DNA of 64,000 nucleotides from Schizochytrium sp. TIO01 (lineage: Eukaryota > Protista > Bigyra: Labyrinthulomycetes). Made by a program: the position numbers and the translations under genes. The stretch lies in NCBI GenBank assembly GCA_004764695.1, contig SMSO01000006.1, forward strand, positions 1,007,859-1,071,858, given 5' to 3'. Below the pieces are notes generated by a model. That model did not search any database, was not told where the DNA came from, and saw only the letters and a list, made by a program, of their open reading frames with translations. The stretch's first letter is position 1, and each line of letters starts with the position of its first letter. Of this stretch, positions 32,180-44,157 are shown piece by piece.

Positions 32180-34225
32180 CTAGTTGCTTTGCATGTTGCT
32201 AAGTTGCGCAATTTGCAATGGAAGGAGTTCTGCGAGCTCTTCGCAAAGTTTCTTTTCCTGTGAGAAAGCTTGGGCATCAGGGCTGAGTCGTTCTCCAGCT
32301 AAAACTTTAATTCGTTCAGCATATTTCAATTGTTCTTTCAGGAACAAAATCCTGGCTGGAATTGACCGAGGATCCGGAGGCACCATCATTCGATAAGCGT
32401 GCATAATCCAAAAATTTGCGTTCAGGTATGGAACAGAAAACTCCTCAGATGTCTCCTCATCGCCTTGTTGTTTATCTTTCGCCTCCGCCTGCTCAAACAT
32501 CGTGCAGAAATGGCTGTAGTATTTAATTACCTTCATTGCCCACTGATTAACCTTTTTGATAAGCCCGGGCGACATAGAGAGCCCTCGCATTTCCTTTGAG
32601 GAACGATCTACATTTTCAGTCTTATCTTGTTCATCTAATATAATTCGAGCAATATTTCCAAGCTCAAAAGAAATTTCTTGATGCTCTTTGAGATATACCT
32701 CTGGATTTAGCTCGTCAAGAAGACCAGCAAGTAACTTTTCACGTCGAGTATGCATAGCAATAAAGCGCTTGTGGTCAGGCTCAAAAACACTGAGATAGTT
32801 ATATAAATCAGATTGAGATCGCAGAATCTGCAGGTGAATAGTAACGTATCCGTCGAGGACATAGAAGCGTTTTGATTGAGCAAAGCAAGTATTCGCTATA
32901 TTGAACAAGTCGCGAGCTGATTCAAACGAGAGAACATCCTGAATGGCAGGAAGATCAATGTCTTCTTTTTCACGGTTATCCAAGGTCATGTTGAGCTCAA
33001 AGTGCTTTTGCTTAGAGGACTCCAGCCAAGCGTCTGAGAGAAGACCTTCGCGATCGACTGCATCGAATTCGTCGTGCGCCATTTCAATGCGCCGGAGAAG
33101 CGAAGCTCTTCGAAGGATTTGCGCGTAGAGGTCGCCACGAGACCGCTGAAGATCAGCGCGCAGAAGCTCATACTCCTCTCCACTTTGTTCGTTCTCACTA
33201 ATTTCATCAATAGCACGACCTGCGGCACAGATACAGTGAGCAGCCAGCCGGGTTTCTCCCTGTTGAACGTAGAAAGCAGAAATGCCAAGCGCATGCTTTG
33301 ACCAGGTGAAGGCATCATAACTATGTTCAAAGTTGCGTTGGCGATGCAAAGTTTGTACGCAAAGATTAGCTGACTCTTCAGCGTTACCAATAGCTGCTTC
33401 TACCTGAGCGAGGAAGAACAGGGTGCTTGTGTACTCTTGGAGATCATTTTCACTGCCAAAACGATTTTCTGCAAGAGCACGTGCCCGGCGAAGATACTTG
33501 ATTGCACGAGATGCACCTTCTGCACGGTGCGACCAGAGAATGCTCAAGTAATTATAGCCGCTCACGAGCTGAAGCAATGCACCATCGTCAAGGTGCAGAA
33601 GATCCAGATTACGTTCAAATGCCATAGGCTCTTTGTCTACCTCCTTTGCGGAAATTGCATCTTGGTCAGGTCTAGCATCATCAGAATCAAATGAATTTGC
33701 AAGCATAGGCCAAACATCTGCCCCTTCGAGGAATTCGGCGCCGCTGCGAATACTGCGTTCACCATCCGTGTTCTCTTCCGTCAAGTACATGTTGATGCCA
33801 ATTCGAATTTCTAGCATGGCCATATCTCTCTGAGCGTGAATGTCATGCGAAGCTGCGCGCAGGTTCTCACATGCATCTTGCAAAATTTTGCGAGCGTTGT
33901 ATTTGGATTTATATGGCTCAGATTCGTCACACTCCTCAAACTCGGCTTCTTCCGCAGCCTGCACTGCGGTGACGTAAATCGTAGTGCGTAAGTCATCCAG
34001 ATTTTTGGTCTCTCCGGCGTGCTCTGGGGTTTTCTTTTTGTTCGCTCCATTGCTACTGTCATGATTCTCGCTCGTGACGTTCGCATCTTCACTATAGGCA
34101 CCCTTCTCTTTATCTGCTGCGTTCTCGCTTGCCCGTTCTGACGGCACCTTGCCATCCGTACATTCCGCAGCAGGCCCCGGCGCAGCAGGCGGCGTTTGAG
34201 CAGCGATGAGTGGATCTTCAGACAT
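32180..34225 (-). CDS. KIFBP: KIF1-binding protein (kinesin-binding protein, KBP)
   Basis: Family motifs EPYKSKYNARKIL, YTSTLFFLAQV, CVQTLHRQ, FESARDLF, FYVLDGYVTIHLQI, LNPEVY...QEISFELG and EKKLCEELAELLP. Confidence 0.93.
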   Translation of the reverse strand: MSEDPLIAAQTPPAAPGPAAECTDGKVPSERASENAADKEKGAYSEDANVTSENHDSSNGANKKKTPEHAGETKNLDDLRTTIYVTAVQAAEEAEFEECDESEPYKSKYNARKILQDACENLRAASHDIHAQRDMAMLEIRIGINMYLTEENTDGERSIRSGAEFLEGADVWPMLANSFDSDDARPDQDAISAKEVDKEPMAFERNLDLLHLDDGALLQLVSGYNYLSILWSHRAEGASRAIKYLRRARALAENRFGSENDLQEYTSTLFFLAQVEAAIGNAEESANLCVQTLHRQRNFEHSYDAFTWSKHALGISAFYVQQGETRLAAHCICAAGRAIDEISENEQSGEEYELLRADLQRSRGDLYAQILRRASLLRRIEMAHDEFDAVDREGLLSDAWLESSKQKHFELNMTLDNREKEDIDLPAIQDVLSFESARDLFNIANTCFAQSKRFYVLDGYVTIHLQILRSQSDLYNYLSVFEPDHKRFIAMHTRREKLLAGLLDELNPEVYLKEHQEISFELGNIARIILDEQDKTENVDRSSKEMRGLSMSPGLIKKVNQWAMKVIKYYSHFCTMFEQAEAKDKQQGDEETSEEFSVPYLNANFWIMHAYRMMVPPDPRSIPARILFLKEQLKYAERIKVLAGERLSPDAQAFSQEKKLCEELAELLPLQIAQLSNMQSN

Positions 34226-34657
34226 AATATAATCTCAACCTTCTTCCCTGTGACAATGCCCAGCACGTTCTCCTGGATGACCTTTGCGAAGCTGATCCTC
34301 CGCCGAGCAGAAGGACCGGAGCAATTACCGGATTGCTGCTCTCTCTATTGTTCCTGTCATTCTTTGGGCTCCAAGGCACCGTATACTTCACTTTACCTTG
34401 CTATTCTCTACTGTATAGTCTGTATAACCTACTTTACGGCTTCTGTCATCAATCAGTTTTAGCTCGCAAACGGTTATTATCATCCTCAGCATGCCTAGCT
34501 AGTATGGTCCTACGGTGCCTATTACTCGCAAATTGAAAAAGACTAAGAAGAAACTAGGACTCATGAATGCTAAAACTGAGGACCAAATCGCTTTCTTTCT
34601 GAGGATCGATTGGACTCAGACGGAGTCGCGGTTACTGCGAGGCGACCTTGGGAGCTG

Positions 34658-35089
34658 ATGAAGGTCCGCATCAAGAAGTGGCAGGCCGTGGCCAACTGGA
34701 AGTGGAACGTTGACGACGACGTTTGTGGCATTTGCCGGTAAGTTATGTCTGCCAAGGAGCAAGCAACCAAAGCCTCTGGGTCTGCGACTTGTGTGAACCT
34801 CGGGGTTTTGGGCCTCCTTAAGGTTTATGGGCACAGTCTGCAAACTGATAATGGTGAAGCGGGTTTTCTGACACTTTACATAAATCTATTACTTTGGGGT
34901 GATATGAACAGAATGCCTTTTGACGCCTGCTGTCCGGATTGTAGTGTCCCTGGTGATGAGTGCCCTCCAGTCTGGGGTGAGTGCAACCATGCTTTTCATA
35001 TGCACTGTATCGTGAAATGGATTGAGTCACAACAGAATGCTCGACAGCAATGTCCGATGTGCCGTGCAGACTGGGTTTTCAGAAACTAG
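34658..35089 (+). CDS. ANAPC11: Anaphase-promoting complex subunit 11 (RING-H2); exons 34658-34737 and 34912-35089
   Basis: Splicing the GTAAG...AACAG intron at 34738-34911 (174 nt, with a CTGAC branch-like motif near 34868) gives 85 aa: MKVRIKKWQAVANWKWNVDDDVCGICRMPFDACCPDCSVPGDECPPVWGECNHAFHMHCIVKW...CPMCRADW. Confidence 0.95.
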
Positions 35090-35669
35090 AGAGAGCGGAG
35101 GCAATCAATTTTTGCGCTGCTGTCAAATACACTGGAGCTCGTAGAAACGGGCATATCTTTGCTGCCGATCCTTTCTGCCTTGATCCCTCTGCTTTGATCC
35201 TGTTAATAACAACAGAGGCAAAGTAATTGCTAGCAGAGGCAAAGCAATTGGGATTGTCCAAACGCCATATGAAAGGCTTGAGACTATGGTGCCAATAATT
35301 TCTGTGTATGTATAGCTTCTTGGCTATGCACCAAATGATGGCAAATACATTATTGGCGAATTTCATTCTCTCAAGACAATAGCTGTTTTGCGCGTGTTTC
35401 ATAGTTTAATGTTGTCTGTTTGGGTGTTGATTATGATTTTGGTAGTGTGTAATTTAAATTCTTTCTGTGCGTAGCGGTTCACGTGCTTGTAAAGTTGTAC
35501 AAGGTTGGAGAGACAGAGCATGGGTTTCTTGTTGCATTGCGTTGAGTGTATCCGTGTTCTGGCGTATCAATCTACCCGTTCAAATTATCCATGATCGGGT
35601 CAAACACTTTTTAAACGGTGCAGAAAGTTGCATGCTTGTTTAGATAAAAGAAGATTCCGGCGGGGCTTT

Positions 35670-36848
35670 CTACTCGATAGCGCAAAGGCGCGCAAGGAGT
35701 CCGGTAAGCTGCAGATTTGATTCCATGCCCTCAAGAACTCGCATATGCGTGATACCAATTTCGCGAATGAAGCCCAACTTGCGTGATTCCGGCATTTTCA
35801 GTGCCTTGCAGACCTTGAAGAATGTGTTGATCAAATCAGCGGCTGCATAGCCATGTTTGTAAAGAGCATCTAACTTCTCAGAAGCAGCCGTGATGTCTCC
35901 CTTTTCGCAGTCTTGGAGGATACCAGTGACCACACCGGGATGGGGCTGATCACATACTTTGAATACGTTGACATCAGTTACAGAGCCGAAACCTGCATGG
36001 GTGGACTGAAGGTTGTTCAAGGCATTACGCATATCTCCTTCCGCAGAAAAGATAATCGCCTCGAGACCTTTGTCGGTTGATGCAATTTTCTCTTGTGTGC
36101 AGACATATTTGATGCGTTCAAGAACATCAGCATCGCTCAAGCGAGAATAACGCAAGATGGCACAACGAGACTGAATGGGCTCGATAATCTTAGAAGATGT
36201 GTTACAAGCCAAGGCGAAGCGCGTAGTTGATGCATAAAGCTCCATGGTCCGACGCAATGCTTGCTGAGCAGCTGAAGTCATGCTGTCAGCCTCATCGAGA
36301 ATGATAATCTTGTGCGCGCCCCGAGGTAAGGTCACCTTCTTTTGAGCAAAAGACTTGATTTTGTTACGCACAACAGCGATACCACGGTCATCAGAGGCAT
36401 TGAGCTCAAGAACAGCCTCCTTGTAAGCAGGTCCGAGCATTTCGTGTGCCAATGCCAAAATACTGGTTGTTTTACCAGTACCGGGCGGACCAGCGATGAC
36501 AATGTTTGGACAGTTACCCTGCTTTGCAATTACAGCCAGACGCTTAACTGTATCCTGGTTACCCACAATATCCTCAAGCTGTTTTGCACGCGTGGTCATT
36601 ATAGAAAATTGTCATGATATGATACGTTAGTCTCTGTGTTTGGCATTCCAGTGGCCTACAGCAGGTTCCGCGAGCTCTTTGCTCAGGCAGGGAGTGTTCA
36701 ATAGCTGTAAAGACTCGGAAACAAGAAAACCTACCTTGCGAGGTCTGTACTTTTCAACCCAAGGCATTTCTGGTGGCCTCATTGCCATTTTTGCAAAACT
36801 GCTGCTCCCAACAGCGCTGGAGGAGGAGGACGACGACGAAGAGGCCAT
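35670..36848 (-). CDS. RFC2: Replication factor C small subunit (human RFC2 / yeast Rfc4 type); exons 36848-36735 and 36578-35670
   Basis: The GTAGG...AACAG intron at 36734-36579 (156 nt, GACTAAC branch point at 36632-36626) joins [10 protein letters not shown] to LEDIVGN, giving 340 aa. Motifs include [45 protein letters not shown] and [10 protein letters not shown]. Confidence 0.96.
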
Positions 36849-37723
36849 GTTATCTATTTGGTAGGCGAAACCGATCGACGTCAAACAACCTGGGCCCAGC
36901 TGATGTGCGAGTATAATCTGTTTTTTGCAACGCCGGAAGACACAGTCGGGCAGTGGGCAAACGTCCAATGCACTTTTCAGTCTTGCTCTGCGTGGGTTTC
37001 TGCGTTCGCAGCCAACGTTGATGAATTGGTGAACGATACTGTCAGCATGAGACCTATTATTCTCGCCGTGGTTAGGTGCTCCTTCAGATAGACCTTTTTT
37101 TTGTTTTCTTTTCCTTTTTTTTTCGTTGTTAAAAAAAAAAAGGCTTAACGTGCTTCCTCATAATCATAAATTTTAAATGTATTAAACATAGGAATCCGAT
37201 TGACAAGATAATCGGAGCCAATTGCAGGCACATTCGGGTAGAACAATGAAAAGGACCATCAATTATCACTCGAGCACTTCTTTCATTTGATTTTCCAGAA
37301 GAAGAAACATATAGCACTCTGTTCTCGTTCTCGTGTATCGCATTGCCATGAAAATTATACGGAAGGCAGGGAAGATGTAGCCGCAGGATTGTGTTTGAGG
37401 CGTCCAGTTGAGTTGAAGATGGAGGCTGGAGATATATGTAATCTTTGCTTTATTTTTTGATTGTGTTTTTTTTATTTTTTTCTAAAAGAGTATTGAATTG
37501 TGTAGCCTGGCTTGAAACTATATGCAAGTTCATGGGGCAATTCTCAAGCAAGGAGAAGGAGATGCATCTACGCGGGCAGACATCGCATCAAATGAGGCAT
37601 AAAAGAATTCATGCATATGTAAATGGGGAGACATGGTCACGAGTATGCAAGAAAAAGAGCATCATGGCAACTTTTGTGGGTTGCTTAAATGGCGAGGGCA
37701 GACAAACCATCAAGCTTGCGCGT

Positions 37724-38971
37724 TTAGACGGAAACTGAAGAACTCGAGGACCAGTCAGAGGAGTCCGAGGACGTTGATGAAAGCGAAGAATCAGAGTCCG
37801 AGTCCGAGGAAGAGGAATCCGAGGATGAGTCCGAGCTGGAGGAATCCGATGACGAATCGGACGAAGAGGAGTCAGAATCAGAAGACGAATCTGATGAGGA
37901 GTCATCCTTGCGAGAGCGGCGGCGGCGGCTGCGGCGGCGGTCTCTGCTGCTGCTCTTCTTCTTCTTTGAGGAAACGGTAGTACGCTTCTTGGATCTGCGG
38001 CTCTTGGACTTGCTCTTGCTGCGCTTGCGGTGTTTATGCTTGTTTCGATGCTTCTTGGGTGGGTCAAGAACCTCGACTTCAAAGCCGTCGACCTTGCGAA
38101 GCTGGCGCTTGAGCTCGTAAGGAAGGTGCCTGGTGCGTTTGATAATGACAGGAATCTGTGCCACCTCAGCCTCGATGAAGGCCCAGAGTCGACGGTTATC
38201 GAGAGTAAACCACTGTCCATTATAGGGCACAACAGTGATGGCTGGAATGTCAAATTCAGTAATTGCCTTTGACTGCAGTTCGTCGACCGTGTCTATGATA
38301 GGCCTGCCATCGTCAAAACTGGCAGGAATCTCGTCCACTGAATAGCAGATTTCCTCTGGTGACATGGTTTCACCGTTGCTCTCAAGCATGGTTGTGAGAT
38401 CTTGGGTGCTAGACCAGGTGTAAGAAAAGTCTTCCTCGATGGCGAAGTAACTATCATTGTCTGGAGAAAGGTAGACCTTGGCTTCAGCATGCTTTCTGCT
38501 CTTCAGGATCTTCTGAAGGTGCGGATTAAGATCAGGACTCCAGTACGATTTGACAGAGTCGAATTGTAGGTAATAAGACTGGTCCTGGCCGAGCGCGACA
38601 TGGTTTAGGATGCCCTTTTCTTTCTGAATAGTATACGCTGCACTCTTTGGAATCTGAGACCATTTAATGTCATTCTTACCGCCCATGATGTAGGATCCCT
38701 GGGGTCCGAACGCGAAGAGGTTCAAAGGTCCAACTTTGTGCAAGCCACGAATGATCTGGTCGTCCGCATCAGCGTACCAGGTGCCGTCTGCATAGCCCAA
38801 CACAAAATCGGTCTCGGTGAACGACAGTATGGTAATGTCACGTCGCTTATTGCGCTGAAGCAACTTGCGAAGTTCCTTGGGCACTGTTCCAGACCAGTAC
38901 GCCTTGCCCTCGGTGTCAATGAGGACGTACGAGTCGTTTGGGCCCAACGCGGCAGTTTCTACGTGCATCAT
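37724..38971 (-). CDS. Protein with N-terminal (A/V)LGP..SY beta-repeats, a ParB/sulfiredoxin-like domain and a K/R-rich then S/D-rich tail
   Basis: 415-aa ORF. Repeats: ALGPNDSYV, AFGPQGSYI, ALGQDQSYY, YLSPDNDSYF. ParB-like segment: PEEICYS.D.I..SFDDGR....TVDEL....I....IPAITVV..NGQWFTLDNRRLWAF. Confidence 0.8.
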   Translation of the reverse strand: MMHVETAALGPNDSYVLIDTEGKAYWSGTVPKELRKLLQRNKRRDITILSFTETDFVLGYADGTWYADADDQIIRGLHKVGPLNLFAFGPQGSYIMGGKNDIKWSQIPKSAAYTIQKEKGILNHVALGQDQSYYLQFDSVKSYWSPDLNPHLQKILKSRKHAEAKVYLSPDNDSYFAIEEDFSYTWSSTQDLTTMLESNGETMSPEEICYSVDEIPASFDDGRPIIDTVDELQSKAITEFDIPAITVVPYNGQWFTLDNRRLWAFIEAEVAQIPVIIKRTRHLPYELKRQLRKVDGFEVEVLDPPKKHRNKHKHRKRSKSKSKSRRSKKRTTVSSKKKKSSSRDRRRSRRRRSRKDDSSSDSSSDSDSSSSDSSSDSSSSDSSSDSSSSDSDSDSSLSSTSSDSSDWSSSSSVSV

Positions 38972-39435
38972 TTTGGCTTCCGCTTCAAATCGCCTTGAAG
39001 TTTGATGTCTCCTTAACTGTCCACCTTCTCTTCACCCGACGAGAGAGAAGAGTCTTTGGAATGCAAGAGAGCCCTGATTGCACTAGTTTCGCAAGCTCGT
39101 AGCCCACGTCACCAGATATCTGCTCCTCCCCGGCTTCACGAAGGGCGCTTGTCAAGCTCAGGTTTATATTTAGTTGAATCGATAATGCGCGTGCACGGGC
39201 CCCAGATCCGGCCCAATGTGTGCTCACTAACTCGCTCGCGCGCTCGCTCGCTGGTTCCCAGTGAAGGGAGGTGGCACTCGTTGAAGACCCCTCGCCTAAA
39301 CCCACTATTGCGCTCGCTCGCGTGCTCCGAAGTTGCGACCGACGGCTCCGCGTCAGTCCTGATGAGGGATTGATCGCCTCAAGGTCAATCGATTCACGCG
39401 ATTGATTCTTCATTTATACTCATTTAACATTTAAC

Positions 39436-39468
39436 TAATTAATTAATTAATTAATTAATTAATTAATT
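39436..39468. repeat. (TAAT)n self-complementary microsatellite
   Basis: Read directly from the sequence. Confidence 0.9.
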
Positions 39469-39852
39469 TTATTAATTAATAATAAAGTTAGAAAACAAAC
39501 AGTCTTCTTTCAATTCTTCTTTTGTCAAATAGAGCTATCCAGTAAGACCATCTTAATAGTACCATTAAAAAAATAAAAATAAATAATAAATAAAAATTCT
39601 CCATGTTTAATTATGAACTGATAAAACCAAATGAAAAAGGAAGCTGCCAAATGATCTTGAGTGAATTCCAAAACGCATTCGCGTAGCACCAAAGCTCAAA
39701 TGATCGTCTTACGACATCCCCAGCACGTTCGACTTGAGGTTCTCCATCCTCCAGGCACCCCTCCTCAACGCAACGCACCTTATCTCCGCCACGGTCCACC
39801 ATGCCCGCAAGATTGCCACGTCCTTTTCCATAACCTCGAAGCACAATCGCTC

Positions 39853-40022
<170 letters not shown>

Positions 40023-40629
40023 GTTAAGTATTTTTTCTCTTTCATTCAATGGCCAACTAATTTGTTGGCGCCTGCCTGCCTGCTCTTTCGCATCATGGCT
40101 GATAAGCAGAGCAAGCACACCGCCCAGTGAAAGAGGTCCTTCTGCGCGCTAAGTCTCAGTGCGCAGAGCCTTAGCACCGCTCCTCCTCACCCACCGCCTC
40201 TTTGATCTCCTGAAAGGCTGGCGGCCTTTGTGCATATCGCTCATTATCGCGCTTTCATTTCATTACGACTTTGAAAGTTCTTCTTCGCTCGCGCTAACGC
40301 ACTGCTACTGCTAATGGGTAGGTAGTCCTGCTTTGTTCACCTATATAAATAAACTTTTTAAATTGAATACTTTTCAATAATAATGATGATAATAATAATA
40401 ATAGTAAATATGGAAAGATGGACAGTCTCTCGAGGAATAAATGTAAAAGTTAGAAAAGTAGAAAAACCAATCGATCAATCAATCGATCAATCATCAAATA
40501 ACTTGCTGTCTCCTTTGTGATTTGTTTGTTTGCAAAGCAGGATGGAACGTATCGTAAACAAGTACGGAAGTACCTGCACACAGAGGAATACATAAAACAT
40601 TATGTAGGCCTTTGTGTACATCACCGAAG

Positions 40630-40682
40630 AAAGAAAAGAAAAGAAAAGAAAAGAAAAGAAAAGAAAAGAAAAGAAAAGAAAG
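40630..40682. repeat. (AAAAG)n microsatellite
   Basis: Read directly. It explains the spurious K/R/E-rich and F/S/L-rich ORFs here. Confidence 0.95.
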
Positions 40683-43600
40683 AAAAAAGCGGCGGAAGGT
40701 GATAATAGTTTCGCCTATGACGAACATAAATTCACAACTAACTTTGTCGACTGGACTAAGAGCGAGTCTCCAGAGTCATCGAGCTCCACGGCCGGTGGCA
40801 CAAGTCCCAGAGCTGCAAGATGAGTTCACCTCCTCCAAGGTGCCGCATGATTTATAGTGCCAGCAGGAGGCAGCACTTGGTGCGATTGATGGGCAGGCAG
40901 GGAGGGCATCATTCAAGTTGCGAGCCTAAGGTATCGACATCATCGCAAAAGAAAAGAGCGCCGTGCACGCGCCGCTCCCTTTCGAAGTATAGACTGGAGA
41001 AAACTGCGACCTAAGCTGTCCAGTGGTGAACAGAGAGGCACGATACCCACTACCACTGGAAATAAATGTGAGAAGAACTGAGTTTTACTCCATTGGTGCC
41101 ACTGGAACACTAAGTGGTAGTGGCATGGGAGAGGTGTGTGTACGTGTGAACTCCAATTGATGGAGAAGAGAGGAATTGGAAGCCTGAGGGTTTAGAAATA
41201 ACAGACTATAGATTTTCTGCTTATTTTATTTCATTTTCAATTAATTTATAATTGAGAAGTAATAATAGAATAAAAACAATTATTATCTTTTAAAAGGGAA
41301 GAAAACGAAGAGGAATCGATATTCAAAATACGGAAACGAAAAGTTCTCCTAATGTTCCACAAAAGTTCTGGAGCGAGTCGTAGTCCTACCACTACGTATT
41401 CGACCAAAACTTGAAGAACCCGAACCTGCACTTCGAGATGTGATTAAACTCGGCTTTGCCTCAGAGCCCGCTCGAGAGCTAGCAGTACAGCAAAGAAGTA
41501 CTCCGAAAGCCGCGCAGATGCTCGCTCGCGGAGCTACCTCACTCCAAATATATCAAAGAATCAACACCCATCATCATCATGTCCAAGATTGGGCAAGAGG
41601 CCCGTGCCATCCCTTAAATCAATACCAGTATCATACATATTATTCTCATGGGTTAAAGGAAATATCTTTCAATTTTAATGAACGCTGCGAAATCATAAAC
41701 CTAAACCATACGTAAGTACCTCTTCGACGGGGCTTCGATGAGGTATAATGACTTTTCTTGACAGCTGCGTCAAGCTTCGACTAGCAGTTGTCTTCAGCGA
41801 TTTGCAGGCCAGTTTGAGCAGACCTTGCAAGCCTAATTAACCGCTATGGCCACTGTGGGATCCGCAAGATTTTGCTGTGCCTGAAAGGGAGCTAAGAGCA
41901 AAGTAAATAAATACCAAGGTATTTTATTCGTCAGGATCCTTCTTGCCAATTTACCTGCTGATAAAAGCTCCATTCAAGCACACAGATCGTGGCGGGACGG
42001 CCTTCACTCTTTTATGATCAGCTAAATCGACAGTTCGTTCCAGCTTCAAGTTATGACATCCAGTAGAAACAGCGACCCAACGACTTCTTTAAAGTACTTA
42101 GAGAGATAGGTACCACGTGACAGCAACAGGGCACGTGCTAGCCAACACGATGGATCAAAGTACCTAAGCGACAACGAAATCGTAATGAGTAGAGATATTT
42201 GATAACTTTGAGCAGAACCGGAAAGCCCACCCCTGGCCACCGCCCTTGGCCATTGACGTGAGTATCACCACATCATTGATTATCTTTCCTCCGGCATGCA
42301 TGGCGGTGCGGATAGCTTCATCGCTGCTGATTAGACAGCCGCAACGAAATAAAAAAAGCCCTGACTCGAATAGCCTATACGAGAAGGTAATGTTACTATT
42401 ATTTTCAATTTTACAATTCGACTATATATGATAGATCAGTGATCCTACTATCAAGAACCAACTTTTTTCTTTTCTTCTCTTTTCTTTTCTTTTAAAAAGT
42501 GATTTAAAAAGTTCTTTTTAATAATTCTTTGGAGAAGAAATGTATTTGTTTCCAAGAAAACTTAATCGACCAACAATCGAGAACAAACAAGCCGGCCGAC
42601 GAAAGTACGATCTAACGGCAAAGGACACGTATGTGACCAGCGATTTCCAATGTCTGAGGTCAATTATCCAGTGATCTTTTGGGTATTCTATCAACATAGT
42701 GCGTTGTTGCCCACCTTTTAGCTATCTATTATCAACACGTGGATTTGTGGATCGCGATATTGTGAACGATGACAAAAAAAGTACCCTAGCTATATTTTGA
42801 CATTCACAGGATATGCTTGGGGAATAGGAAAACGCCTTAAATGCTATACTGAGATTGGGGGCGCCGTTGCGATGGCAAAAACAGATATAGATTTACACTA
42901 GACAAAAGACGAACTAAGACAACGAATGGTCCGTGCTTCTGGAATTGCGGTCATTTATCTCGTCCTAAATGTATAAAATATACGCAGCACGCGATGCAAT
43001 GCCCAGTACGACTACCACGGCACCATAGACAATGAGAGTCATGAGTCGAAGTAAAAATGAATATGGAGAAGGTGCCAGCACCTAATATAGACAAATGAAC
43101 CAATTGGTTAATTAAATTAATCGTAGCTTTGATGGCCGCTAAGTTTCGCCGGAGTCAAACCTAGAGCAAAGACACAATTCAACACTACTTTCTCTGCTGA
43201 TGTGGTTTCCTATTTAATGTGATAATTTTAAAAGCATTTACTTTGCGCTGCTACACGGTTGTGAAAAGAATTACTATAAACGATTTTTTCGTCGCTCGAA
43301 CATGGCTCTGGTGAGAGAAGCTAGCTTCATAGACCCCAACGGAGCAATTTCGTATGTGTTCACTCCTCCCTCCCCCCGAAAAAACAAAATGACAACAGCA
43401 GCAACAACATAATTAAATGCGTGGCGTGCTTCAAGGGCTTCCTTCCTTTGAGGCTCAAGTATTATCCAGCGACAATGATTAACTCATACACCTCTCCTGA
43501 GCATTCAATATCTTTTCGAATTGGGTTTCCTCGCTCTTGCTCTCCTCCTCATCTCTCAGTCTCAGGAACCAGCTCATCAGATTTCCCGACCAGTGATCTA

Positions 43601-44157
43601 TCTACATCTGTGTCTGTGTTACAAGAGACCCAGCTCCTCTTTCAAGGCTTAATTCTGCTCGTTTCGTCGATTTACCACATTTGAGCCCTGAGCCAAGCAT
43701 TAATCCTTACGCAATCCCAAGGCTTGCTCAGTATTCTACTCTCGCATTTCGTTGACTTATCCGACGCATGTCTAAGCACAGCTAAGTCTACAATTCTCAA
43801 GCGTCTGTTCAGTGCCCTCCATCGCCCAACCTATGGTTCCAGCTTTTAGCACTTTCTACACAATGTCAGAAGCCTAGCCATGCAATGTCCGAGACTCTCA
43901 AAATCTGCAGTGGCCTACTAACTTCACTTTTCGCAGCCCTCCTCGACATCAGATTTTGGCTCTTCGAAGGTCGCGAACGCAATCTCAAACGAAGAAGAAG
44001 AGTACTCTAGAACGTCGAAATAGCAAGACACAATACGGAATGGAACAGAACGGTATTCGTAAGAAACATCCACATACTAGAAACAGAAGCCCTACTTTGA
44101 GAGCATCGGCAGATTGGTGGCGAGTCCAACCAGAACAGAGGTCTCGAGCAAAACTCG

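Noticed and set aside
34745-35089. 114-aa single-exon APC11 as listed in the ORF track
   Set aside because: It lacks the first RING Cys pair; the spliced model from 34658 restores the canonical protein.
37609-38253. 214-aa alternate-frame ORF and overlapping antisense ORFs
   Set aside because: By-products of the low-complexity K/R and S/D tail of the 37724-38971 gene.
39231-39255. GCGCGCTCGCTCGCT matching the AAV Rep-binding element
   Set aside because: Short (GCTC)n runs are common in GC-rich promoters, and there is no ITR hairpin or rep gene.
40494-40857. Several K/R/E-rich or F/S/L-rich ORFs
   Set aside because: Translations of the (AAAAG)n microsatellite.
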